A DNA stretch of 63,953 nt, the filler included, from Octopus bimaculoides (Eukaryota), in the NCBI RefSeq assembly GCF_001194135.2. It is 5 parts of 5 records of this genome, joined end to end, with 100 filler letters (N's around TTAATTAATTAA, not from the genome) between each part and the next. Parts side by side here need not be neighbours in the genome. Positions count along the whole stretch, not along the records: positions 1 to 22,978 come from NC_068990.1; 4 more parts are not named here. One strand, 5' to 3'. The notes below the pieces were generated by a model. It was not told the origin of the DNA and ran no database searches. It saw only the letters and a list, made by a program, of their open reading frames with translations. How positions within the stretch are numbered: the stretch's first letter is position 1; the number at the start of each line of letters is the position of its first letter. Shown here one piece after another: positions 1 to 12,990 of this stretch. A program made the position numbers and the translations under genes.

Positions 1-73
1 ACAACAACAACAACTGTAATAACAATAATAATAATAATAATAATAACACCCAAAATAAAGAATAACAACAATA

Positions 74-430
74 GTGAACATAAAGTGTTTGGTTATTTAT
101 GTCTGTCTGTATATATGTGTATACACACACTTACACACACACATGTGTATGTATATACATATATATGTAAATGTGTGTGTGCGTGTGTGTATATATGCAT
201 ATATATGTATATATATATATATATACATGTACATATACATAGTATCTACTCATACACACACACACACACACACAGAGGAAGAAAACAGACAGAAAGTCAA
301 ACAGACAATAAGACATACATCCACATGTGCATCACAGATAAGAAAGTCTCTGTGTACTTATATGTGTTGTACTCACACAATGACACATACACACACATCT
401 GTATACACACACACAGGTACTACATTATTC
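74..430. repeat. (TA)/(CA)/(TG) mixed microsatellite block
   Basis: Direct: alternating purine-pyrimidine tracts; these explain the H/T/Y/I/C/V-rich ORFs here. Confidence 0.95.
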
Positions 431-1121
431 TGTCATCTTTTCCATTCGCTTTGTCTATTTGACTTAATATTCCGGGAGCAAATTTATTTGATTCATTTCT
501 TTTCTTTTTTTTTTTGCTTTTTATTTTGGTTATTTTTATGTTATCTTTTCCACCACTAACCAGCTTTTATTCTGTTTTTACGTATTTTTCACTTGTTTGA
601 ACTCATCTCAGCTTCCTTATTAACAGAATTTAAAGATCTCCTTAATATATGCAAGCAGAGATGAGCAAGGTTTCAGAAGTCTTTGAGAGACTTAGATTAA
701 ATATTAGCTTTTCTAATTGACTGTAGACCTTGAAGCTAACAGAATTTAGGTTTGCCTTGAAATTCACTTAAGGTTGTCTAAAATATAGATTGGAAAATTT
801 TACATTTGGAAAGTGTAAAAATAAAAAAGAAATAAGAGGCAAGAAATAAACGAAAGAAAAAAGGGAAAACAGAAGAGAAATTACATTCACAAATATACAC
901 ACACACATACATATATCTATCTACTCATCTATTTTTTTCTGCCTCCCTTCATCCATTCATCCTTCCATACATACATACATATATTCATACACATAAATAT
1001 ATATACACACATATAAGCACATACATGCAAACATACACCTATGTGTGTGTGTGTATGTGTGTATAACTACTATGAAAGGACATAAAAGTAATATCTGGCT
1101 GCATTATAAAATCTTATACAT

Positions 1122-1280
1122 TAGGTGCAGACGGTGCTGTGTGGTTCAGAAGTTTGCTTCCCAACAACATGCTTTCAGTTTCATGAGCAGTGTGACATCT
1201 TAGGCAATTGTCTTCAATACAATCACAGTCGACCAAAGCCTCGTGAGCTGATTTGCTAGATGGGAACTGAAAGAAGTCAT
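1122..1280 (+). mobile_element. SINE family A, decayed 5' part
   Basis: Similar to better copies at 3624 and 40674 (gctgtgtggt...gaccaaagcctcgtgag...actgaaagaag). Confidence 0.7.
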
Positions 1281-1788
1281 ACACACCGAACACACACACA
1301 TTGTTTTCTTGATTTTTCCAATTTTTTACAGGTCTCCAAAAACAGTTGTGCAAGGCGTTTGGAGTTTCAATGAAAGTTTTCGAACCTTTCTTCTCAGATT
1401 TTGTTCAACTAAAGTATTTAATCCATCATGCTGAATAATTGATTTTGGCCTACACATGGTTTATTTTCAAGGCTATCATGTGAATGAGAGCTTTGGAACC
1501 ATCTCAGAACAGCTCTGATGTCAGCAAAACTATTATCAAAGGCCGGTGTTTGATATTCCATAGAGCTTCTACGACAAAGTGATCCAGTTTTTACACAAAT
1601 GAGAAAAATCACTCAACATAGTTTGGTTGATTATCATATTTATAAGGTCTGTGGGTACGAATTTTGTATACCAATATTGTAGGGAAAGAAAAAGAGTCAA
1701 GATTAAATGCAAGGTATACATAATTTAGTTTTAAATGACTGAAATAACAAGTAACTAAAAATGCGACATTTCATGTGAAACAACCTAA

Positions 1789-1831
<43 letters not shown>

Positions 1832-2310
1832 ATTGTATTTTGACCCGAAGATTAGCTATATTTTTGAATAGATTTATTTTGAATCGATTTGAATCGATTT
1901 GATTTTTATTTTATTTTCTATTTGAAATTGTGGTTATGAAACACGTGTAGTTGTTTTATTTTTTTTTAATATTTATTACTTTCTATTTTTATTATAGGTA
2001 TTTTTAGTGTATTTACTTATTAAATTTTTCTACATGTAACTGAGGATTTTCATGGATGAATTCAAGAATTGTGGTTTATGTCTCTAAATTATATATTTAT
2101 ATATAATATATTGTGAAATTTAATTTAATTTTAATTTTGATAAATTAAATTAAATTGAATTGTTACCTGTAAATTTGGATTTTTATCCCTAATATTATTA
2201 TCATAATTATATATACATATATATATATGCACATACATACATACATACATACATACATACATGCAAATATACATACATGGTTGCATGCATGCATGCATAT
2301 AAACACAGAC

Positions 2311-2410
2311 ATAGCTATGTGGTTAAGAGGATGCTTTTGCAACCACTTGATTTTGGATCAGTCCCACTGCACGCCATTTTGGACAAGCATCTTCTGCTAC
2401 AGATCCAGGA
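2311..2410 (+). mobile_element. SINE family A, decayed head
   Basis: gctatgtggttaag...tcagtcccactgc...ggacaagcatcttctgcta matches the family A head. Confidence 0.6.
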
Positions 2411-3623
2411 AAAAGCTTAAATTATCAAAAAGGAACTGTGTTATGGTTAGTTATTTGGGATGTTCTATTAGAGTTTATAATGTAGTATAGCATAATGAAA
2501 GGAATAAGTCAGCACCATCAGGCAAAAGAAAATTCAGGGAAATTGTTTGTGAAAGTCAGAAATATATAATGCTAAAGCTGAAATAAATAACAATGATGAA
2601 CCAAACTATATAATGACATTTAAAAGAGTTGATATTATATTGTCAGCCATGATGCAGAAATATGCTACAGCTTTGTTGAAATTAATATGGTTCTTAGGTA
2701 AGACAAGACCTCATGAAGTCAAGATCACTTGACTGGTTCTAATGTGACTTGAAATCAAAGCTGTAGTGAGGTGTTTGAATAAAAAAAAATGAGAATTTTG
2801 TTTCAAGACAGTAATGGTTTCAACAAGAGAACAGAATTGTTAGCACCTTGCATTAATGTAGCTACACACATTACGTGTAAGCACCAATATTCTTGGTTTT
2901 CAACCTGATCCAGCAGAAAAATGTTTGTTTTGGAGTAGATATTTTCAAAAAAAATATTGTTGAAATAGCAATGGAATTTCACAAGAATAGCTTCTAGAAT
3001 GATCTCCTTCACAGAAGGTTTGGATTCTGCATGCAATGATAAATATAAAGCATGATGACCTTTGGATTATTTTTGCATTCTCAAATGAGGCAGGAAGAAA
3101 AGGGAAGATGACATCTTAAAACAGCTTTTTTTTATATAAATAATGCTTGCATGACTTTTAAAAAATAAATATCAAGATAAGTGTTTCTCAATAGTTTTCA
3201 AATAATATTTTAAAATATATTTAAATATCCAGTGATTTAAGAGGCAACAGGTTTAGATTGACAGCTGAAACAGCAGAAACATGTAACTCAGAGCACTGGC
3301 ATTTTAGAACTACTTAGTTAAAATATATATTTAGGAATAGGTTTTTAGAGTTCTATAAATTATTGCGTTTTTAGTGATTCAACAGAAATATTAAATACAT
3401 GTGTGCATGTGACGAATGTAATATACATACATGCAGCAATGTAACTACACATGTGCTGTTGGGGATTTCTTTTCCTTCTTTGGAATTTTCCTTTTCTCTT
3501 TTCTGACAAAGAGCTATGCTTGAAGCATCAAACTCTCTTTTTACCAAGCATCAAACAAATACATTCCTTGTGCACATTCTTTTGTGTTCTGTTAAATTTA
3601 TCATTCGTTTATTTGAATTAAAT

Positions 3624-3789
3624 ATAGGAGTGGCTGTGTGGTAAGTAGCTTGCTTACCAAGTACATGGTTCTGGGCTCAGTCCCACTGCGTAGCACCTTG
3701 GGCAAGTGTCTTCTACTATAGCCTCGGGCTGACCAAAGCCTTGTGAGTGGATTTAGTAGACGGGAACTGAAAGAAGCCCGTTTTATATA

Positions 3790-3841
<52 letters not shown>

Positions 3842-3925
3842 CGTGTATATCTTCTGTATCTATGTTTGCCACCCCAACATGGCTTGACAACTGATGCTGG
3901 TGTGTTTAGGTTCCCGTAACTTAGC
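3624..3925 (+). mobile_element. SINE family A (tRNA-like head, CORE-like segment, internal TA/CA microsatellite), cut by a gap
   Basis: ggagtggctgtgtggtaagtagcttgc...gcaccttgggcaagtgtcttc...; multiple copies within the window. Confidence 0.9.
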
Positions 3926-4159
3926 NNNNNNNNNNNNNNNNNNNNNNNNNNNNNNNNNNNNNNNNNNNNNNNNNNNNNNNNNNNNNNNNNNNNNNNNNNN
4001 NNNNNNNNNNNNNNNNNNNNNNNNNNNNNNNNNNNNNNNNNNNNNNNNNNNNNNNNNNNNNNNNNNNNNNNNNNNNNNNNNNNNNNNNNNNNNNNNNNNN
4101 NNNNNNNNNNNNNNNNNNNNNNNNNNNNNNNNNNNNNNNNNNNNNNNNNNNNNNNNNNN
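3926..4159. other. assembly gap (N)
   Basis: Run of N. Confidence 1.
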
Positions 4160-4574
4160 CATGACTCTGGGTTCTGGGTTCCCATTGTGTGGAACCTTGA
4201 GCAAGCGCTTTCTACTCTAGCCTTGGGTTGTGTGTGTGTGTCTGTGTGTATGTGTGTGTGTGTGTGTGTATGTGTGCATGCATGTATGCACTCACATATG
4301 CATTCACATAAGCATAAAAATATACCTTTCCTCTCTGTGACTAGTGAGGGTAAGTTAAAGAGTATCTATAACACTTGAGTTAAAGGATTTAGAGTTATCC
4401 TTAGGCAGGGGATTAACACAGCAACTGGCATCAGAGCTGACATTGCTAAAAGTACTCAAGGCCCTAAATATGGTATCAAAAAAGAAGGGGAAATTAAGAT
4501 AGTCACTAACCTATTGGGAGTCTGTTAAATATGTCCAAGGCCTAAGATGTTGTGCTAAATTCAGTGACACCAGA

Positions 4575-4716
4575 GACTACGAATGGTAAATGTAGCAGAC
4601 ATCATCACTTAGAAGGCTTGGGTCAACCTGAAGATACTTGTCATAGTTATCATCCTCTGGAATTGAACACAGGATGAAATGATTGTGAAACAAACATTTT
4701 AACCACAAGGCCATGC
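4575..4716 (-). mobile_element. SINE family A, decayed
   Basis: Reverse complement of the family A head (aaggcttgggtcaacctga...aaccacaaggccatg). Confidence 0.6.
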
Positions 4717-5289
4717 TTAGTATGTGTAAAATGCTTGTGGATGTGAGTGCATGAGAGTATGGGCGCATGTGTGTATGTGAGTGCATGAGAATATGTGTGC
4801 ATGTGTGTATGTGAATGTGCGCATATGCGTGTGTGTGAGTGTGTGTGTATGCGTGAGTGAATGAGTGAGTGCATGTGTGTGTGTGTGTGTGTGTGTGATT
4901 GCTTGTATGTTTCGGTATTGGTATATATGTATTGGGTGGACATGTTCTAAGATTCTAGTGAGAGAGAATAGGGGTGGAGGGTGAGGCAAGTATCAAACGA
5001 CACTCCTTCCATATTTAATTGTGCATCCCAGATTAATTAACCAGTGACTCTTCCTCAGCACACACGCACACACACACACGCACTTGCACGCACGCACATG
5101 TACATGCACCCCATTCCCCCAACTAGTACTCTGCTTACTTACATATCATGTGATACACGCACATGCACACATACACACACACACAAATATACAAACACAC
5201 ACACTCACACATATATAGGCATAAAGGTGCATATAATATACACACACACATATTCATGACACTTCATTTTCCTCTCTTGAGTTCATTCT

Positions 5290-6340
5290 ACTTTATCACT
5301 GACATACCGTCACCCCCACCCTCACCCCACCACTACCTGTTATATCTCCTCCCTGTTACACCCTCGCCCCTTCTACCTCATACACATCCCTCACCCTCAA
5401 ACTCACCCTTTTGCCACCCTATCCGTCTCACCCACACCCCACCACTCCCCACCAATTGCTTTTTCTTACCCCTTCTCACTTTAGCACCCCCACCCCTTCG
5501 GCAATCTATCCTTCTCCATTAGGTCCCACCACCCTGTATTTCTCACTTCTGTTATACCCCCCAACACCCTCCACACCACACAGCCCCTACCCTTCATTGT
5601 TCTATCCTTCCACCGCCACCACCACTCCTACACTCTTGCCACCCTGCCCCAGTGTCCGTATGCATCCATGTCATTCACGATTCATGGATTTGGCAAACTT
5701 ACCCACCCTTCTGAAAATTACAATCTCTGCTGCCACCCCAGGCCCCTAAACCACATGGATTCCTGCAACCCCCACCAGTTCCCCTAACCACTCCCCCTTC
5801 AGGCCCAATTGTCAACAGAGTGAAGGAGGGAGATTGCACATCCACCAATCCCACTTTATGCTTACCCCACCGCCATCAGTATCATCTCCGACAATAGAAC
5901 CATTCCCCCTTTCAAAGTCAAACCATCACCATCACCATAGTTGCACTCTCATGAGGAACATTTCCACCACTGCATCATCAACAATACTATAGCTACCAAT
6001 ATATAAACCTTATAATACCACTGCCACCACCACCTCCACCAACAACAACACCACCACCACTACCACTGCCATCACCCGGCCAGCACCACCACCGCCACCA
6101 TCACTGCCATCATCCCCCATCACCACTACTACCACCAACGTCACCACCACCACTGCTGCCGCACCCTCTGCATCAGCATGATCATTATCATCATCGATAT
6201 CACTACGACCACCATCGCTACCACCTTTATTACTCCCACTACTACCAACACCACCGCCACCGCCACCACCACCATCACCATCACCATCATTACCACCACT
6301 GGCTCTCCGACCTCTGCCAAAGGCATCCCCCTCACCCCCA
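5290..6340. repeat. C-rich low-complexity tract grading into (CAC/ACC/ACT)n trinucleotide repeats
   Basis: Direct: many CCC/CCCC runs and G-poor plus strand; the Pro/Thr and Gly/Val ORFs follow from composition. Confidence 0.85.
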
Positions 6341-6374
6341 TTGACAATAGACAGCCTCAAACATGGCTGTTTCA

Positions 6375-6530
6375 GCCCCTTAAAAATAGCAGCCATATCT
6401 CGCTCATACCACTCACATCCATCTTAAGAAAATGAAGGACATATTGAAAAACATAGTCTTAGAAAACACTGCCGGATTTAAATAAGACAGGATGGTCACA
6501 GAGGGAAGGACTTTGATCATGCATCTTCTC
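6375..6530 (+). mobile_element. old dispersed repeat (family D, SINE-like), decayed
   Basis: aaatagcagcca...catcttaagaaa...gtcttag...gacaggatggtca...ctttgatcat recurs at about 30535, 32040, 32720, 33225, 37925 and 39650. Confidence 0.5.
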
Positions 6531-7442
6531 ATTTAGACCCCACCTCAAGATAAACAATAACAGTGGAATGTAGAGGTGAGGGTGGTGCTAGTGGTAGTGG
6601 ACATGTTGTTGCTGTTGTTGTTGTTGGTGGTGGTGGGACGGGCTGGGGTTTCAGTGATGACGTAGAAGTGGGCTGGGTGTTTAATTATGATGTGTCATTA
6701 CTCTATAACTCACTTGCCTAGGCCTGCACGCGAACACCCACCCTGCTTCATAACACGCACACTGCTCCCACCACCCCGTCCTCTGAGGTATTAATGAGAA
6801 GGTCTCTGTTAATTATGATATGAGGAGAAGGGGGCAGGGACAGAAGATATTACATAGAGATCAAAGTGGAGAGAGTTAATGAAACCAACCCTCTCTCTCT
6901 CTCTCTCATACATATGCACACACTACTGTCTCTCTCCTATTGCTCTTTCTTTCTCTTACCCCAGTGTAACTTCTCTTTCTCTTCTCTTCCTTCTCATCCC
7001 CCTACTCTCTTTTGCTTTCCTTCTTCACCCTTCTCCTCCATCTTCCACAGACCTCTGCATTATCATGTGCAATCACCTTTCTTCCTTCATTCCATTCTTC
7101 AAAAGCTTAAAAATAATACCAATAATCATTTCTTCATTTTCCAGAAATACCCTTTCTTTTTTCTTTTTCTGTTTAAATCATGGGCCCTTATATGTGGCTC
7201 ATATGGCCTTATGTTCACCAGTGAAATACTGGTGTCCCCTCACCATCTTGGATTACAGCACTTTCTTCAGTACAGCACAGCATTTCCAACTTTGTAGTGA
7301 CACATAGCATTAAATAAAAACATGTCTGTCTATCTATCTATCCATTGAGCTATCTATCTATCTATCTATCNNNNNNNNNNGATATAACAATATACCTTGG
7401 ACTTCACTCTTCTTTCGGTTGCTATTTCCAGTTAGGAAAGCA

Positions 7443-8167
7443 CTCCGTCGCTTACAACGTCGAGGGTTCCAGTTGATCCAATCAACGGAACAGCCTGCTC
7501 GTGAAATTAACGTGCAAGTGGCTGAGCACTCTACAGACACCTGTACCCTTAACGTAGTTCTTGGGGATGTTCAGCGTGACACAGTGTGACAAGGCTGACC
7601 CTTTGAATTACAGGCACAACAGAAACAGGAAGTAAGAGTGAGAGAAAGTTGTGGTGAAAGAGTACAGCAGGGTTCGCCACCATCCCCTGCCAGAGCCTCG
7701 TGGAGCTTTNNNNNNNNNNNNNNNNNNNNNNNNNNNNNNNNNNNNNNNNNNNNNNNNNNNNNNNNNNNNNNNNNNNNNNNNNNNNNNNNNNNNNNNNNNN
7801 NNNNNNNNNNNNNNNNNNNNNNNNNNNNNNNNNNNNNNNNNNNNNNNNNNNNNNNNNNNNNNNNNNNNNNNNNNNNNNNNNNNNNNNNNNNNNNNNNNNN
7901 NNNNNNNNNNNNNNNNNNNNNNNNNNNNNNNNNNNNNNNNNNNNNNNNNNNNNNNNNNNNNNNNNNNNNNNNNNNNNNNNNNNNNNNNNNNNNNNNNNNN
8001 NNNNNNNNNNNNNNNNNNNNNNNNNNNNNNNNNNNNNNNNNNNNNNNNNNNNNNNNNNNNNNNNNNNNNNNNNNNNNNNNNNNNNNNNNNNNNNNNNNNN
8101 NNNNNNNNNNNNNNNNNNNNNNNNNNNNNNNNNNNNNNNNNNNNNNNNNNNNNNCATTGCGCCTCCA
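7443..8167 (-). mobile_element. SINE family C spanning an N gap
   Basis: Body matches 48486-48867 and the head cattgcgcctcc resumes after the gap. The direct repeat cagttaggaaagca at 7429-7442 and 8168-8181 is a TSD. Confidence 0.9.
7710..8154. other. assembly gap (445 N), probably oversized
   Basis: The equivalent segment in the intact copy at 48486-48867 is only about 95 bp. Confidence 0.85.
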
Positions 8168-8244
8168 CAGTTAGGAAAGCAACCACGTGCAAAATCACTC
8201 TCTCTCTCTCTCTCTCTCTCACCCTCTCTCTCTCTCTCACAAGT

Positions 8245-8333
8245 TGGTTCGGCTTCTGCACAGGGTTGAAATATCCACTCACAAGGCTTTGGTCAGCCTG
8301 AGACTATAGTAGAAGACACTTACCCAAGGTACC
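8245..8333 (-). mobile_element. SINE family A fragment
   Basis: atccactcacaaggctttggtcagcctgagactatagtagaagacacttacccaaggt. Confidence 0.75.
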
Positions 8334-9471
8334 AGCAAAAAAATGTGTGTGTGTGTGTGTGTATGTGTGTGTGTGTGTGTGTGTAGTGTCTGAAGTGGTA
8401 TACAGATATTGTATATTTAGAGGGCAGTCAGAATTTTGGATAATTCATTATTATGGCTTTTGTTCATTCAGTTGAACTCTTCAAGATAATGTACAGAAAA
8501 TTTCTTCCTTCTTTTATATAAATTGAAAAGCAGATTTTGCTTTGTTTTGTTTAGATGGTGAGAAATTTTGTTTTTTAGAGAAAGAGAGAAAGATAGGGAA
8601 AAAGACAAAAAAGAAAGGGAAAGAAAAGCAAAGTGGATAGGAAGAGAGACAAAGAGATAGAGGCTACTATTCAATTGATGTGGTCAACCCATTGAAATTT
8701 AATTACAATTCAGGATGTCATTCTCACTTCATTCATTGTTTTTGGAAGCATCTCTTTCTCTCTTCTTTCTCTTCTCTCATTATATACATTAGAAGAAGAG
8801 AAAGAGACAAGAGGAAGAATTGGAAGAGAGGAGGAAAGAGTAGAAGAAAGCATGTATTTTGGGATGCTTTGTTGACTAACAGGTGGCTGATGCTAAATGA
8901 CCTTTCAAGATGTCAATTCTAGGAAAAAGGATAAGAAAGGAAAAAAAAAAAAAAAAAAGAAAGGAGAAAATAGAAAGAAAGAAAAGGAAAAGCAAGAAGC
9001 TTCTTTTCAATTATAATGTATGGATGTGGTCAACTTGCTGAAATTTAATTACAATTCAAGATGTTGTTCTTGGTTCAGTCATTGTTTTTCAATGCCTCCC
9101 ACCTCTCTATCTCTCCCTTCCATTCTCTGATCATATACATATTAACATGTTTGTAGATATAAACATTACAGTTAGAGGATTGACAAAGTGATTCCTAAGT
9201 GAGTACAGTCACAATTATAAAGTATGAAATAAATTTAAAGTGTCTAAAGGCCAATAAAAACGTACATTCACTTCAATGTTGATTGATTTCAAAATGATAT
9301 GTTTGGAGAGAGCCAAACTGAAGTATTCAAGTATTTGCATTGTTTCTCTCCAGCCATATCTTCCAGGAATGTTAGCTGGGTACAGTGTCTATGTAAGCTA
9401 ACTATGTAGTATTCATAATTTGTTCCATTTGAAAGAGTGTTTATGCATATTGTCTTTGCTTTTCTTTCAAA

Positions 9472-10457
9472 TGTTTGGTAACAAAGGGTCTCTTACCCAG
9501 AGTGAAAGGTAGACTGTATGACGCACACATGTGAACAACCATTTTGAACAACGGCAGTGAAACATGGGCTGTGACTGCTGAAGACATGCATAGGCTTGAA
9601 AGAAATGAAGCTAGTATGCTCTGCTGGATGTGTAATGTCAGTGTGCATTTATGAGAGTGTAAGTGCCCTGAGAGAAAAGTTGGACGTAAGAAGCATCAGA
9701 TATGGTGTGCAAGAGAGATGGCTGTGCTGGTATGGCTACGTGTTGTGTATGGATGAGGACAGCTGTGTGAAGAAGTGCTGAACTCTTTCAGTGGAAGGGA
9801 CCTGTGGAAGAGGTAGACCCAGGAAGACATGGGATGATGTGATGAAGCACGACATTTGAACATTGGGCCTAATAGAGGAAATGACAAGCAGCTGAGATCT
9901 TTGGAGATATGTTATGCTTGAGAAGACCCGACAAGTCAAGTGAGTTCATAGCTGTGGCTGGTGCCAGTGTCACATGACCGGCATGTTTAAAAATATCCTT
10001 CAGTCGCTGGACAATATGCTGTGCTTGAGAAGGACCTGTAGAGTCAAGCGAAATTGTCATGGCTGATGCTAGTGTTGCCAGTGGCATGTAAAAAGCACCG
10101 TTTGAGCATGGTCGATGCCAGTGCCACCTAACTGGATCTCGTGCTGGTGGCACGTAAAGAGCACCATCTAAGTGTGGTCAATGCCAGTGCTTCCTGACTC
10201 CCATGCTGGTTGTTCAAAAAGAGCACCATTCTAGCATGGTCAATGCCAGTACTGCTTGATTGGCCCCCATGCCAGTGGCATGTAAAAAGCACCCACTACC
10301 CTCTCAGAGTAGTTGGCATTAGTAAGGGCACCCAGCTGTAGAAACATTGCTAGATTAGATTAGAGCCTGATGCAGACTCCAGGCTTGCCAGTCCTCAGTC
10401 AAACCATCCAACTCATGCTAGTATGGAAAGCAGATGTTAAACGATGATGATGATGTT
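9472..10457 (+). mobile_element. RTE-clade LINE, 5'-truncated 3' end (degenerate ORF C-terminus, 3'UTR, (GAT)n tail)
   Basis: Translates across stops and frameshifts to LVTKGL.PRVKGRLYDA..GSETWAVTAEDMHRLERNEASML.WMCNV..WYGYVLCMDEDSCVKKC..GTCGRGRPRKTWDDV, a typical RTE C-terminus; ends gttaaacgatgatgatg. Confidence 0.9.
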
Positions 10458-11034
10458 GATTTATATATGTGTATGCATATATATATATATGTATGTATAT
10501 GAATATACATATGTATATGTATACACACACACACTAACATATATATGTGTGTACATAATTTTGGTTACTTCTGCTGTTTACCCACACTTAGTTGAAGTCA
10601 TTAACTTCGAGATTTAAAGCACTGAGCTGAAACCAAATCTATGCGGCTTGTCCGGTTATGTATGAGTGTGTGCACATATGTGTGTGTATTGTGTATGTTT
10701 GTGCATGTGGGTGCTCACATGTGTGTGTATGTGCATGCATGCATTAAAACAGGGCATCCAAAGACTGGTGAAGTTTAGGCACACTGATAACAGTGTGTAA
10801 CAAGGAAGACAAAAGGTGAGGTTAATAGTCTGGCCAATAAAAAAACAAAAAACAAAAATGAAAATTAAACATACCCCATACTCTACGTGCAATAACTCAA
10901 GTTAAAAAGTATATAGACATGTTATAAATGAATTAATTAAATGTTTTATTGGTTCTATCCATGCCATCATCGATCAAAAACTGACAGTCTAGTCACTAAC
11001 AAATAAATCTTCAACAAAGACCAATACAACAGCA

Positions 11035-11350
11035 ACATTATCATCATCATCATCATCACCTCCATTTTCACCATCAGTATGATTAATAATAACTATCAAT
11101 TTCACTTCAACAAATGCCTTTATTATTTCTCTTGTCATGACCACCACCACCAACAACAACAACCACCAACCCCATCTCCACTAATGTAATCAACACCATC
11201 ACTACTACTACTACTACTACCACTATCATCATCACTATCAACACTACCATCATCATCACCATCAACGATACCATTATCACTACTGTCACTAGTGCAATCA
11301 ATGCTACCATTCTCTCTACCACCACCACCACCACCACCAGCAACAACACT
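11035..11350. repeat. (CAT)/(CAC)/(ACT)/(ACA) trinucleotide microsatellite mosaic
   Basis: Direct. Confidence 0.9.
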
Positions 11351-11357
11351 GCTACAA

Positions 11358-11528
11358 ATAATCTTTTCTACTTTAGGCACAAGGCCCAAAATTTTTGGAG
11401 GTGGGGGCAGTAGATTAGATCGACCCAACTACACAACTGGTACTTAATTTATCGACAACTGAAAGGGTGAAAGGAAAAGTCAACCTCAGTGGAATTTGAA
11501 CTCAAAACATAAAAACAGATGAAATACA
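11358..11528 (-). mobile_element. SINE family B
   Basis: aatcttttctactttaggcacaaggccc...ggtacttaatttatcgac...gaatttgaactcaaaac; matches other B copies. Confidence 0.85.
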
Positions 11529-11532
11529 GCAC

Positions 11533-12755
11533 ACACACGAAACATTAGAAGTTGGAGAAAAAGGAATAAAAAGGTCCCTTCTGTACCTAGATCAAGAATC
11601 GGCTCCATAATTCCTGAAGAATTTACATGTCTACTGAACAGAAAAAAATTTTTACTCTATGATAGTGGGGTGGAAGACGAAAAAAGAATGTTGATTTTTG
11701 GTACGACTGCAGGGTTGCACAATCTAGAAATGCATATGAATTAGGCATACCATGGAACATTTAAAGTTTGTCCTGAAATTTATTATCAGTTATATACACT
11801 ACATGTCATCATAGGACATGCATGCATCCCATGAATTTATAGTCTCCTTCCAAATAAGACTCTTGACACATACAATAGGTTTTTCCAAAAGGTTAAAGAT
11901 TTGCTTGAGTCTCTAAGACCTGAAAAATTTAATGATTGATTTTGAACAAGCTAGTTTTCTAAGTTTTTCTGACAGTTTTCCATCTGCTAATGTAACAGGC
12001 TACTTTTTCTTTTTACATTTCTGTAAAAATGTTTACAGAAAGGTAAAAGGTATTGGGCTTAAGGTTCAATATCAAACTGATCGGGATTTTAACACAAAAG
12101 TAAAGTGCCTTATGGCACTTGCCTCCTGCATTTATAGAGCTTGTGGATGACGATGACTTACCACAAAAAATTGTGGCATATTTTGAAATACATTACATTG
12201 GTGGGGAGAGAGGCAGGGGAGCTTGTAGACATAGAGTTCCTCCTACTTTTCCTATCCCTATCGATATTTAGAATATGTATGAAAGAACTCTAAATCAGTT
12301 GGCTAACACCAACAATGGAGTAGGAGGTCCCCATAATGCACTGCTGCAAGCATCCGTTACAAATACTCATCCAAATGTATGGAAACTTATCAAAGTCTTG
12401 AGAAATGAAGAATCCCTTTTCCAAAAGCAGGTAAATGATGCAGCAAGAGGAGAAACCGCAACCAAGAAAAAATACAAAGACGTTTATAAGCTCATATTAA
12501 GCATTGTCGGACGGTATGATCAAAATCAAAAACCTTATTTGCATGCAATTGCAATGAACTTATATGACTTTTAGCTTTTTAGCTTAACTTTTAAAATAAA
12601 GTCTATAACCTTCATTATTTTATATTTTTATTCTTTATCCTTTTCTTCTTATGCTTTACTACAAAATGTCCTTATGGCAAAATATCCATACGGTGAAGTG
12701 TCTTACAGTGAATAGTCCTACGGCAAAATGTCCTATGCGAATTGTCCTAGATCCC
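11533..12755 (+). mobile_element. Mutator-like (MULE) DNA transposon: degenerate transposase and right end
   Basis: Translates to FLLYDSG..RMLIFGT..N*AYHGTFKVCP..YQLYTLH..LLPNKT..MIDFEQA..FLHFCKNVYRK..NTNNGVGGPHN..HPNVWKLIKVLRNEE. These are MULE DGTF / DFE / C-x-FH / TNN-x-x-E motifs, with the first D and the E mutated. Subterminal cggcaaaatgtcc-like repeats at 12665-12755. Confidence 0.9.
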
Positions 12756-12889
12756 TTCTAGATATGTATTCCATTAGTTGTGTGTGCATAAGGAAAAGTG
12801 ATACCTGCTGTGGTGCACAACAGATAGCTCAAACATGCAGATAAATGTAGAGACAATTTGAGGACTTTCTGATTCAAGAAGTTGGGAAA

Positions 12890-12891
12890 GC

Positions 12892-12936
<45 letters not shown>

Positions 12937-12946
12937 NNNNNNNNNN

Positions 12947-12984
<38 letters not shown>

Positions 12985-12990
12985 GAGAGA
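12890..12990. repeat. (GA)n microsatellite with a 10-N gap
   Basis: Direct. Confidence 0.95.

Noticed and set aside
1330-1680. Protein-like translations after a good acceptor (e.g. ELWNHLRTALMSAKLLSK)
   Set aside because: All frames have stops, there is no matching donor and no recognisable family; possibly an unidentified decayed transposon.
2803-3036. 77-aa minus ORF with an upstream acceptor
   Set aside because: No recognisable homology and a weak donor; unsupported without expression data.
7549-8301. Long ORFs containing X runs (also 3601-4220, 21056-22084, 57683-58611, 58941-59434, 61146-61668)
   Set aside because: They stay open only because N gaps contain no stops; the flanks are SINE or microsatellite sequence.
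9280-9470. Minus-strand open frame KKAKTICINT...KQCKYLNTSVW
   Set aside because: Weakly RT-like (K.KYLG region) but too degenerate to call as either exon or LINE.
10753-10815. 63-nt segment with donor AAAG|gtgagg
   Set aside because: There are stop codons in all three frames and the acceptor is weak.
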